From: Macrostomum lignano
Taxonomy: Eukaryota
DNA: 64,000 nucleotides
Assembly: GCA_002269645.1 (NCBI GenBank)
Contig: NIVC01002200.1
Coordinates: 124,001-188,000 of the forward strand
Reading direction: 5' to 3'
The translations under genes and the position numbers were made by a program. Numbering within the stretch: position 1 is the stretch's first letter; each line of letters opens with the position of its first letter. This document shows, one piece after another, positions 1 through 11,800 of the stretch. Below the pieces are notes generated by a model. It saw only the letters and a program-made list of their open reading frames with translations. It made no database searches and was not told where the DNA came from.

Positions 1-2450
1 GGGCGACTCTGGCCTGACGGGTGCAGGTTTGGAGTAAAGTTAGAGACGATTTCCAGTGTGGGTGAAGAGGGGATGCTCAGTGTGGGTGGAGGGGATTCTC
101 AGTGTGGGTGAAGAGGGGATGCTCAGTGTGGGTGAAGAGGGGATTCCCAGTGTGGGTGAAGAGGGGATGCTCAGTGTGGGTGAAGAGGGGACTCAGTGTG
201 GGTGAAGAGGAGATTCTCAGTGTGGGTGAAGAGGAGATTCTCAGTGTGGGTGAAGAGGAGATTCTCAGTGTGGGTGAAGAGGGGATGCTCAGTGTGGGTG
301 AAGAGGAGATTCTCAGTGTGGGTGAAGAGGGGATTCTCAGTGTGGGTGAAGAGGGGATTCTCAGTGTGGGTGAGAGGAGATTCTCAGTGTGGGTGAAGAG
401 GGGATTCTCAGTGTGGGTGAAGAGGAGATTCTCAGTGTGGGTGAAGAGGAGATTCTCAGTGTGGGTGAAGAGGGATTCTCAGTGTGGGTGAAGAGGAGAT
501 TCTCAGTGTGGGTGAAGAGGAGATTCTCAGTGTGGGTGAAGAGGAGATTCTCAGTGTGGGTGAAGAGGAGATTCTCAGTGTGGGTGAAGAGGGGATTCTC
601 AGTGTGGGTGAAGAGGGGACTCAGTGTGGGTGAAGAGGAGATTCTCAGTGTGGGTGAAGAGGGGATTCTCAGTGTGGGTGAAGAGGAGATTCTCAGTGTG
701 GGTGAAGAGGGGATCCCAGTGTGGGTGAAGAGGGGATTCTCAGTGTGGGTGAAGAGGAGATTCTCAGTGTGGGTGAAGAGGAGATTCTCAGTGTGGGTGA
801 AGAGGGGATTCTCAGTGTGGGTGAAGAGGGGATTCTCAGTGTGGGTGAAGAGGGGATGCTCAGTGTGGGTGAAGAGGGGATTCTCAGTGTGGGTGAAGAG
901 GAGATTCTCAGTGTGGGTGAAGAGGAGATTCTCAGTGTGGGTGAAGAGGGGATTCTCAGTGTGGGTGAAGAGGGGATTCTCAGTGTGGGTGAAGAGGAGA
1001 TTCTCAGTGTGGGTGAAGAGGGGATTCTCAGTGTGGGTGAAGAGGAGATTCTCAGTGTGGGTGAGAGGGGATTCTCAGTGTGGGTGAAGATGGGATTCTC
1101 AGTGTGGGTGAAGAGGAGATTCTCAGTGTGGGTGAAGAGGGGATTCTCAGTGTGGGTGAGAGGGGATTCTCAGTGTGGGTGAAGAGGGGATGCTCAGTGT
1201 GGGTGAAGAGGGGATCCTCAGTGTGGGTGAAGAGGGGATTCTCAGTGTGGGTGAAGAGGGGATTCTCAGTGTGGGTGAAGAGGAGATTCTCAGTGTGGGT
1301 GAAGAGGGGATTCTCAGTGTGGGTGAAGAGGGGATTCTCAGTGTGGGTGAAGAGGGGATGCTCAGTGTGGGTGAAGAGGGGATTCTCAGTGTGGGTGAAG
1401 AGGAGATTCTCAGTGTGGGTGAAGAGGAGATTCTCAGTGTGGGTGAAGAGGGGATTCTCAGTGTGGGTGAAGAGGGGATTCTCAGTGTGGGTGAAGAGGA
1501 GATTCTCAGTGTGGGTGAAGAGGGGATTCTCAGTGTGGGTGAAGAGGAGATTCTCAGTGTGGGTGAGAGGGGATTCTCAGTGTGGGTGAAGATGGGATTC
1601 TCAGTGTGGGTGAAGAGGAGATTCTCAGTGTGGGTGAAGAGGGGATTCTCAGTGTGGGTGAGAGGGGATTCTCAGTGTGGGTGAAGAGGGGATGCTCAGT
1701 GTGGGTGAAGAGGGGATCCTCAGTGTGGGTGAAGAGGGGATTCTCAGTGTGGGTGAAGAGGGGATTCTCAGTGTGGGTGAAGAGGAGATTCTCAGTGTGG
1801 GTGAAGAGGGGATTCTCAGTGTGGGTGAAGAGGGGATTCTCAGTGTGGGTGAGAGGAGATTCTCAGTGTGGGTGAAGAGGGGATTCTCAGTGTGGGTGAA
1901 GAGGAGATTCTCAGTGTGGGTGAAGAGGAGATTCTCAGTGTGGGTGAAGAGGGGATTCTCAGTGTGGGTGAAGAGGAGATTCTCAGTGTGGGTGAAGAGG
2001 AGATTCTCAGTGTGGGTGAAGAGGAGATTCTCAGTGTGGGTGAAGAGGAGATTCTCAGTGTGGGTGAAGAGGAGATTCTCAGTGTGGGTGAAGAGGGGAC
2101 TCAGTGTGGGTGAAGAGGAGATTCTCAGTGTGGGTGAAGAGGAGATTCTCAGTGTGGGTGAAGAGGAGATTCTCAGTGTGGGTGAAGAGGGGATTCTCAG
2201 TGTGGGTGAAGAGGGGATGCTCAGTGTGGGTGAAGAGGGGATCCTCAGTGTGGGTGAAGAGGGGATTCTCAGTGTGGGTGAAGATGGGATTCTCAGTGTG
2301 GGTGAAGAGGAGATTCTCAGTGTGGGTGAAGAGGGGACTCAGTGTGGGTGAAGAGGGGATTCTCAGTGTGGGTGAAGAGGGGACTCAGTGTGGGTGAAGA
2401 GGAGATTCTCAGTGTGGGTGAAGTGCTGATAAGAGAGGGAAATTTACCAT
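1..2450 (-). CDS. 5' end of an unknown gene: ATG-only first coding exon (2450-2448), intron 2447-14, next exon starting at 13 (M-ARVA...) and running off the window
   Basis: On the minus strand, ATG|GTAAAT at 2450-2442 is a donor. CTAAC branch-like motif, pyrimidine-rich stretch and CCGTCAG|GCC at 20-11 form an acceptor. Only about 5 codons are visible, so no product can be assigned. Confidence 0.5.
55..2424. repeat. 24-bp minisatellite (CTCAGTGTGGGTGAAGAGG(G/A)GATT), about 100 units, intronic
   Basis: Direct tandem periodicity of 24 nt, with 22-23 nt variants. Source of all the GEEEILSV/WVKRRFSV ORFs. Confidence 0.97.
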
Positions 2451-2523
2451 GGATAATGACTAATCTCAAATATCTGAGTTTTAGCGAAGGCAAATATTAG
2501 AACGAAAAGTCGAAATAGATACT

Positions 2524-2562
2524 TTTATTGCAATTGAAAGAAACAATTTATTTTCATTTATT
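2524..2562 (-). terminator. Cluster of three AATAAA polyadenylation signals for XPA
   Basis: TTTATT on the + strand at 2524-2529, 2547-2552 and 2557-2562, 145-180 nt downstream of the XPA stop. Confidence 0.7.
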
Positions 2563-2706
2563 TTTACACAAGAAAGTCTTACAAATTTGATAAATTTAGT
2601 ACCTTGTTTTTTTCTTAATTCAAGCCCCTAAGCTACTGTCAGTAGCTAGTCAGAGATTATACAGTAAAATAATTGAATCGAAAGCAAAAAATGCAGTTAT
2701 TTTCAG

Positions 2707-4181
2707 TCACATTTTGCAGAAAGTCTGCTGGTAGCCGCAGTCCAGACAAGTGCGGCAGAACTCGTCCTCGGCGGCCCCGTCAACACCGGCGGAGGCCGCA
2801 GGGACCTCGTCGCCGAACCGGTGCTCGTGTCGGTACTGCCGCTTCGGCGCCAGACTGGACCGAACGTGCAGCCGCAACTCGCTCATTCGCTTATCGAATT
2901 GGCGCTTCTTGGCGCGGTCGCGGGCGCCGGCGCGCTTCTCGTGCTCAGCGTTGAGCGCCTCCTCGGAGCCCCAGACTTCTAGGGCTCGTTGGGCCACCTG
3001 GACAATGATGGGGAATGCAGATGCTGGGTAGAGTATTCTAATGTGCTGGATTATCTCCATTTGCAGAAGTACTTGGACGCTTATCTTTGTCCTTTATCTA
3101 GAAACAGGATTATCTAGCTACTGGTGGACGTGGATTATCTATTTACTGGTAGATTATCTAGCTACTGGTGGTTTATCTAGCTACAGATGGATTATCTAGC
3201 TACTGGTGGATTATCTAGCTACAGATGGATTATCTAGCTACTGGTGGATTATCTAGCTACTGAGGGATTATCTAGCTACTGATGGATTATCTAGCTGCTA
3301 GTGGATTATCTAGCTACTGATGGATTATCTAGCTGCTAGTGGATTATCTAGCTACTGATGGATTATCTAGCTACTGATGGATTATCTAGCTACTGATGGA
3401 TTATCTAGCTACTGATGGATTATCTAGCTACTGATGGATTATCTAGCTACTGATGGATTATCTAGCTACTGATGGATTATCTAGCTGCTAGTGGATTATC
3501 TAGCTACTGATGGATTATCTAGCTACTGATGGATTATCTAGAGAGAATTTTACTTATCTAGATTATTTAACTAACACGACAGGCCACTAACTAACCTAAC
3601 CCGGCACCTACCTGAGCCTCCAAATACAGGCGCATATCGCCACCCCTGGGATTGTGCGGGTTCCGCCTGAGCAGGCAGCGCAACGGCGGCTCTCGCCTGT
3701 CCAAATCGCCGTCCTTCAACAGGTAGCGCGACTTGGCGTCGCTGCGAGCCAACAGGCCGTACGCATCCTCACGCTGCGTCTCGTAGCAGGCGTCGCACAC
3801 GGCAACGTCAAATCTGTCGTAGAGAAACGACGAATTAAACGGCCTGTCGCAGTCGGCGCACACCAGCTCGTTCGGGTCGATCAGCGGTCCGGGTTCGACA
3901 ACGAGACGACGAGGCTTCTGCTGGTTTCCTCGCTTGCCGCCGCCGCTGCCGTCCTCCTCGTAGATGAAGCCGCCGCAAGAGTCAGTCGCCGCGGCACCGA
4001 CACCGCCGAAACCGACGGCGACGGCTACTGGCGCGGCGTTGGAGGCTGCGCCTGTGGAGGCGGATGGGGCGGCAGCGGATTTGTCCTGCAGGTCGCGCAG
4101 GCGCTGCTTCGACTGGCGCAGCAGGAGGGCAGCCTGGCGGTTGCGCTCGCTGCGGGCCAGCTGCTCTTGGGTTAGCGGCAT
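2707..4181 (-). CDS. XPA: DNA repair protein XPA; exons 4181-3612 and 2997-2707
   Basis: C4 zinc finger CADC...VCDAC, YLLKDGDLDRREPPLR, KNPH-like RNPHNPRGGDMRLYL, RALEVWGSEEAL, C-terminal CxxCG..TFCKM, all matching XPA. Phase-0 GT..AG intron (CAG|GTAGGT ... TGTCCAG|GTG). Confidence 0.95.
3105..3541. repeat. 19-bp minisatellite (TGGATTATCTAGCTACTGA) inside the XPA intron
   Basis: Tandem periodicity of 19 nt, degenerate at the edges. Confidence 0.95.
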
Positions 4182-4249
4182 GCATGAAGTGGAGATTTGC
4201 CCATTTTGTATCTACTACTAATAGTAGTTTGTGTATTTCTCTTCTGTAT

Positions 4250-5625
4250 CATCTACTTGCTGGATTATCTATCTTTGTACCATCTACCTGCTGGATTATC
4301 TACCTTTGTACCATCTACCTGCTGGATTATCTACCTTTGTACCATCTACCTGCTGGATTATCTACCTTTGTACCATCTACCTGCTGGATTATCTACCTTT
4401 GTACCATCTACCTGCTGGATTATCTACCTTTGTACCATCTACCTGCTGGATTATCTACCTTTGTACCATCTACCTGCTGGATTATCTACCTTTGTACCAT
4501 CTACCTGCTGGATTATCTAACTTTGTACCATCTACCTGCTAGATTATCTACCTGTTGGATTATCTACCTGCTGGATTATCTACCTGCTGGATTATGTACC
4601 TGCTAGATTATCTACCTTCTGGATTATCTACCTGATGGATTATCTACTTGCTGGATTATCTACCTGCTGGATTATCTATCTGCTGGATTATCTACCTGCT
4701 GGATTATCTACCAGCTGGATTATCTACCTGCTGGATTATCTACCTGCTAGATTATCTACCTGCTGGATTATCTACCTGCTGGATTATCTAACTGATGGAT
4801 TATCTACCTGATGGATTATCTACTTGCTGGATTATCTACCTGCTGGATTATCTATCTGCTGGATTATCTACCTGCTGGATTATCTACCTGCTAGATTATC
4901 TATCTGCTGGATTATCTACCTGCTGGATTATCTACCAGCTGGATTATCTATCTGCTGGATTATCTATCTGCTAGATTATCTATCTGCTGGATTATCTACC
5001 TGCTGGATTATCTATCAGCTGGATTATCTATCTGCTAGATTATCTACCTGCTAGATTATCTATCTGCTGGATTATCTATCTGCTGGATTATCTACCTGCT
5101 GGATTATCTATCTGCTGGATTATCTACCAGCTGGATTATCTACCTGCTGGATTATCTACCTGCTAGATTATCTACCTGCTGGATTATCTACCTGCTGGAT
5201 TATCTACCTGCTGGATTATCTAACTGATGGATTATCTACCTGATGGATTATCTACTTGCTGGATTATCTACCTGCTGGATTATCTACCTGCTGGATTATC
5301 TACCTGCTGGATTATCTACCTGCTGGATTATCTATCTGCTGGATTATCTACCTGCTGGATTATCTACCTGCTAGATTATCTACCTGTTGGATTATCTACC
5401 TGCTGGATTATCTACCTGCTAGATTATCTACCTGCTGGATTATCTACCTGCTGGATTATCTACCTGCTGGATTATCTACCTTTGTACCATTTACCTGCTG
5501 GATTATTTACCTACTGAATTATCTACCTACTGAATTATCTATTTACTGAATTATCTACCTACTGAATTATCTATTTACTGAATTATCTACCTACTGAATT
5601 ATCTACCTATTGAGATTATCTACCT
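4250..5625. repeat. Compound minisatellite upstream of XPA: 31-bp units, then 16-bp TGGATTATCTACCTGC, then 16-bp TGAATTATCTACCTAC
   Basis: Direct tandem periodicity; the unit type changes along the array. Confidence 0.95.
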
Positions 5626-6341
5626 ATTGGGTATCACTCAAGTTCTGATAACCAACAGATGCAATGATTATGCAATGGAATAATCGCCTCTCTAAACTGA
5701 ATACTACAGAGGTATACATGGACCAATGAGTTAAACTGAAGCTTAGGTTAGCATATAGCAAGGTATTGAAGTTGCACTTTAATTAAAGTTAATCCACGTG
5801 ATCCGAGATAGATGAGTAAACGGAAAACGGTCATAGATAACGCGCCCTGTTTACACACTTTACTCGCTCGCTCCCCACTTGAGCAAACACACTGGCTGAG
5901 CAAACTTGTGCAGATAAGGCTACAAAAGCACAACATAGTACACTAGTACAGTGTCTATTGACAAGGCTAAGGATTCTATAGCTAGTTTAATAAACCCCAC
6001 AATCCAGATTATATCTATGAAAGTCTCTGGTCTTTGGCAGGGTCAAATTTGGTTAAGAACAGGCACACAAGTGCTACAAGCGTACACGCTGGTATCAAGA
6101 GAAATTCTACCGCTGTCAACCACCCCACACACGAATGAGGATGTTAGACAATAAATTTAATTAAGTATCTAAAAGTGGTAGCCAGTTCTAACTTGTACTG
6201 TCTAACTATACTTGCCTTTAACTTATTAATTTTATAAGAAGCACAATAATAATAAGCCAATTCCAACAACTATGGTGACTACCACAAGGTAACTACATAG
6301 AAAGTCTAAAATGTTCCAAAACAGTCTCAAATGTGCCTAGC

Positions 6342-6618
6342 CCATGGAGGAAAGAATAGAATCGAGTGCTAATCTGAGCCAGTTATTTTTATCTCGCTCG
6401 ATTTTCGCTTTTAACATCCCTTTCCCCCCCCGTTCTTTCCTATTGGCTGAAAGCATATTTTGATGCGAGCTCGAACTATGCTGGGACAGACCTTTTAGAG
6501 GGGAACGAAAGCGAAAACGAGACGAAAAATACTTTGTCTATGGCAGTCACGAGCCAATAAAAGCGAAAATCGAGCGAGATAAAATAACTTGCTTGCACTC
6601 CATTCTATTCTTTCATGG
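6342..6618. mobile_element. 277-bp palindromic MITE with 6-bp TSD CCTAGC
   Basis: CCATG...CATGG termini. Long inverted arms (AAAGAATAGAAT..AGTTATTTT(T)ATCTCGCTCGATTTTCGCTTTTA and its reverse complement). CCTAGC at 6336-6341 and 6619-6624. Confidence 0.8.
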
Positions 6619-6928
6619 CCTAGCCCTAGAGTGTCTCAAATATGTCCGAATCATTTCAGATGTCCAAAAATGTCTCACATGTTTAAAGTGTAAAGTGTAA
6701 AATACTGATAGATGTGCTCAAAATGTCTCAAAAATGTCTAACCCTGATAGCAAAATTGCGTATCCAATACGTAATTTTATTAATAAATAAATTGGATGTC
6801 TCAAGGACGTTCCTGCAACCAAAAAATATTGGATACATCATTTTGCTATGCAGGTAAAGTGTCTTAATGTACTTTAAGTGTCTGAACAATATTCAAGGCG
6901 TCTCAAACATGTTTAAAGTGTCTACACA

Positions 6929-7160
6929 GGGCCAGAGCAGCGTCTGACTCTTGCACCCGGGTCCCTGGTTCGATTCCTTGCACAAAAATGCATTCAAGGC
7001 TTGTACACCCTGTGTGAGCGTGTGCATGAGTGCCTGCCTGTGTACAGTATTGGCGCGCTTGCATGTGCTCAGGAGTCCCGTCAATACTGCCGCTGAATCA
7101 GCCAAGGGCTCACTATGCAGCTAATGACTATGCTGCCTAAAAGTACAAATAAACAAAACG
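6929..7160 (+). mobile_element. tRNA-derived SINE (family A)
   Basis: B-box GGTTCGATTCC at 6967-6977, A-rich tail near 7140-7158. A 55-bp body segment (7003-7057) matches 52136-52190 at 49/55. Ends approximate. Confidence 0.6.
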
Positions 7161-7659
7161 ATCCAAAAGCAAGAATGCCAAACTTCAGTCAGATCAGAAT
7201 AAACAAATGGATATTCGAGCAATTTATACTTAAAAATAAAACAAACCGGGTCGATTAGGTAATTCGAAGCATTAAAGAAAAAGCCAACAAAAATATTGCC
7301 AGAAAAGATAAGCCAAATTTGTGTACAAAAATACAGTAACAGACAAGTGAGTGAAATGGACGAATAAAATAATTATTGTTATAACAGTGCATAAAATCAT
7401 ATTAGCATATAATGACTGACAGTAAAACACTATGGCAATAATCAATGTATTTAAAATATTTGTTATAATGATTAACTCGAATAATAATATATAAAAACTA
7501 CACCATACTGACAATCAATAAAAATCATTATTTAGGTACGTACACATTAAGTGACAAAAATTGTACCTATAGCATTCATCATTTCTGGGATAAAATGTCT
7601 CAACTACATACTCATACTATTGCTTGTAAATATACTGAAAATAATATGCAGTCACCAAT

Positions 7660-8830
7660 TATCTAGCTAGCTAACTAATTAGCTATCCAGGAAACTAATC
7701 AGCTATCCAGGTAACTAATCAGCTATCCAGGTAACTAATCAGCTATCCAGGTAACTAATCAGCTATCCAGGTAACTAATCACCTATCCAGGTAACTAATC
7801 AGCTGCTATCCAGGTAACTAATTAGCTATCCAGGAAACTAATCAGCTATCCAGGTAACTAATCAGCTATCCAGGTAACTAATCAGCTATCCAGGTAACTA
7901 ATCAGCTGCTATCCAGGTAACTAATTAGCTATCCAGGAAACTAATCAGCTATCCAGGTAACTAATTAGCTATCCAGGTAACTAATCAGCTATCCAGGTAA
8001 CTAATCAGCTATCCAGGTAACTAATTAGCTATCCAGGTAACTAATCAGCTATCCAGGTAACTAATCAGCTATCCAGGTGACTAATCAGCTATCCAGGTAA
8101 CTAATTAGCTATCCAGGTAACTAATCAGCTATCCAGGTAACTAATCAGCTATCCAGGTAACTAATCAGCTATCCAGGTAACTAATCAGCTATCCAGGTGA
8201 CTAATCAGCTATCCAGGTAACTAATCAGCTATCCAGGTAACTAATTAGCTATCCAGGTAACTAATCAGCTATCCAGGTGACTAATCAGCTATCCAGGTAA
8301 CTAATCAGCTGCTATCCAGGTAACTAATTAGCTATCCAGGAAACTAATCAGCTATCCAGGTAACTAATTAGCTATCCAGGTAACTAATCAGCTATCCAGG
8401 TAACTAATTAGCTATCCAGGTAACTAATCAGCTATCCAGGTAACTAATTAGCTATCCAGGTAACTAATCAGCTATCCAGGTAACTAATCAGCTATCCAGG
8501 TAACTAATCAGCTATCCAGGTAACTAATCAGCTATCCAGGTAACTAATCAGCTATCCAGGTAACTAATCAGCTATCCAGGTAACTAATCAGCTATCCAGG
8601 TAACTAATCAGCTATCCAGGTAACTAATCAGCTATCCAGGTAACTAATCAGCTATCCAGGAAACTAATCAGCTATCCAGGTAACTAATCAGCTATCCAGG
8701 TAACTAATCAGCTATCCAGGTAACTAATTAGCTATCCAGGTAACTAATTAGCTATCCAGGTAACTAATCAGCCTCCCAGGTAACTAATGAGCCCTCCAGA
8801 TAACTAATTAGACATCTAGGGAACTAATCA
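7660..8830. repeat. 20-bp minisatellite (TAACTAATCAGCTATCCAGG)
   Basis: Tandem periodicity of 20 nt with occasional 23-nt units. Begins about 45 nt after the stop codon of the 8876-12183 gene. Confidence 0.96.
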
Positions 8831-8875
8831 GCAATGTCACTACAATCAAACTTACTCCAATCCATGTCAGTATTC

Positions 8876-11800
8876 CTAAGCCCCAACTGAGCGATCAAAG
8901 TGTCGCAAATAGCGCAGCAAATTCTGCATAGTAACAAGGTCGGCCTTACCAAAGCTGAAGCCGAACCTAAACAGGATGTCAAGCAAGCTGCGTCTGCCGG
9001 GAAAGCGGAACGAGTCGATGTCGGGCCGCTGGAACAGGCCCGGCTGAAGGCTGTTCCCGAGCTCCAGCAGCCCGTCAAAGATGAGGTCGCAGTCGCGGTA
9101 CACGAAGAACAGCGGCCTGCGGGTGCCCAAGCAGTGCTGCAGCAGGGACCTGGCGTGGCTGCCTTCACGGCGCAGCTCCTCGAACAGCGGCTCGTCCAGC
9201 ACAAATAGGAAAATGGTTTGATGAAGCTGCTGCTCCAGTAGCTGCTGCGGGCCGATATTTACTGGCTTCGAATCCAAGTGCCTTAACCTTACTGGGATTT
9301 TATCCCTATCCGTATTCCCAATACACTTTCCATTATCCACATTCTCAGAATCACCTGTCATCATCAGTATTCCGATGAAAATTCCCAATACTGATTCCCA
9401 GCATCCCCAATCCCGATTCCCAGCATCCCCAATCCCGGTTCCCAGCATCCCCAATCCTGATTCCCAGCATCCCCAATCCCGATTCCCAGCATCCCCAATC
9501 CCGATTCCCAGCATCCCCGATCTCGATTCCCAGCATCACCAATCCCGATTCCCAGCATCCCCAATCCCGATTCCCAGCATCCCCAATCCGGATTCCCAGC
9601 ATCTCCAATCCCGATTTCCATCATCACTAATGACGATTCCCAGCAGCATATTTCTTCAAACGAGTAAGTATAAGCTGCAGACAAAGCCGGAACCTGTTTA
9701 ATGCCAATAGCAGCATTGCAAAGCCCTCACCTGCGTAACACCGTCAGCGTAAGCACTTGGCCCAGGCGAACATTTCCAGTCGGTCTCAAAGCAGACATCG
9801 TAGGGAATGAGCTCCACGCTGGCGGGCTCCGCACAGGCAATGAATTTGCCCAACTGCGGGTCCAAGTCCCCCAAACTGACGGCTCCGCTAGCGCAGATGC
9901 GCACAGCGGCGCGGCGAAGCGTCAGACCAGCCGGCTGCGCTGCGCTGCCCCGGCCTGCCAGCCGGCCAGCCAAGCTGTGCAGCAGCCGGCGTAGCGGACT
10001 CAGCGGCGACCTGCGATATGGGGGCTCTTCTTCGAGCAGCTCGAACAGAATGACGGCCGCCAGTTCCAGACGATTTCTGTCGATCAATCCGACAAGAAAG
10101 CTGCGAACTTGGTTGCCAGCCTGCCTGCTGATGTGCTGCACCAGCTGGTCCTGACATATGACATGGTTATTACAAGTTATTAGCAGGGGAGCGGTGAACT
10201 TGTAAGTAGCTTGAACGCAGTGCCGCACTCTCTCACAGCAGTGCAGCACTCTCACACAGCAGTGCAGCACTCTCTCACAGCAGTGCAGCACTCTCACACA
10301 GCAGCAGTGCAGCACTCTCTCACAGCAGTGCAGCACTCTCTCACAGCAGTGCAGCACTCTCTCACAGCAGCAGTGCAGCACTTTATCACAGCAGTGCAGC
10401 ACTCTCACAGCAGCAGTGCAGCACTCTCACACAGCAGCAGTGCAGCACTCTCTCACAGCAGTGCAGCACTTTATAACAGCAGCAGTGCAGCACTCTCTCA
10501 CAGCAGCAGTGCAGCACTCTCTCACAGCAGTGCAGCACTCTCTCACAGCAGCAGTGCAGCACTCTCTCACAGCAGTGCAGCACTCTCTCACAGCAGTGCA
10601 GCACTCTCTCACAGCAGCAGTGCAGCACTTTATCACAGCAGTGCAGCACTCTCACAGCAGCAGTGCAGCACTCTCACACAGCAGCAGTGCAGCACTCTCT
10701 CACAGCAGTGCAGCACTTTATAACAGCAGCAGTGCAGCACTCTCTCACAGCAGCAGTGCAGCACTCTCTCACAGCAGTGCAGCACTCTCTCACAGCAGTG
10801 CAGCACTTTATCACAGCAGTGCAGCACTTGATCGCAGCAGCAGTGCAGCAATCTCTCACAGCAGTGCAGCACTCTCTCACAGCAGCAGTGCAGCACTCTC
10901 TCACAGCAGTGCAGCACTCTCTCACAGCAGTGCAGCACTTTATAACAGCAGCAGTGCAGCACTCTCTCACAGCAGCAGTGCAGCACTCTCTCACAGCAGT
11001 GCAGCACTCTCTCACAGCAGCAGTGCAGCACTCTCTCACAGCAGTGCAGCAATATCTCACAGCAGTGCAGCAATCTCTCACAGCAGTGCAGCACTCTCTC
11101 ACAGCAGTGCAGCAATCTCTCACAGCAGTGCAGCACTTTATCGCAGCAGCAGTGCAGCACTCTCACACAGCAGCAGTGCAGCACTTTATCGCAGCAGCAG
11201 TGCAGCACTCTCACACAGCAGCAGTGCAGCACTCTCTCACAGCAGCAGTGCAGCACTCTCTCACAGCAGCAGTGCAGCACTCTCACACAGCAGTGCAGCA
11301 CTTTATCGCAGCAGCAGTGCAGCACTCTCACACAGCAGCAGTGCAGCACTCTCACACAGCAGCAGTGCAGCACTCTCTCACAGCAGCAGTGCAGCACTCT
11401 CTCACAGCAGCAGTGCAGCACTCTCTCACAGCAGTGCAGCACTTTATAACAGCAGCAGTGCAGCACTCTCTCACACAGCAGCATATCACACATGACACCA
11501 TAGCACATCATAGCACTCACCACGCTCATGCCCATTATGGTCTGAAAGTCCAGGTTCTGAACCAAGCCAATGTTGACTACAAAATCGTGACCCAACACCG
11601 GGTTCTGAAGCCGAGCCAGGTACAACTTGAATAGAGATTCTCCTCTGCTACTGATGTCGCCCAGAGGAGACTGCAGTCGCCGTGCCAGCTGCACAGACTT
11701 GGCCTCTGCCAGGTGTACAAGACCGGCAAGAGACCCAGACCCGAAGCTGCGCAGGTGGTCGCAGCGCCGCAGGAAGTCAGCAAACCGAATCAGCTTGCTT

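Noticed and set aside
102-2397. Long ORFs in tandem arrays (here and at 4197-5549, 10211-11634, 13618-15033, 35068-36235, 52699-53990, 54357-55309, 62077-63992)
   Set aside because: They are translations of minisatellite units that lack stops in some frames, and most lie inside introns defined by flanking splice sites.
10100-10190. Plus-strand DVLHQLVLTYDMVITSY resembling a SNF2 helicase motif
   Set aside because: There are no other helicase motifs, it is followed by a stop, and it is antisense to or at the acceptor of the minus-strand exon conserved in both paralogues.
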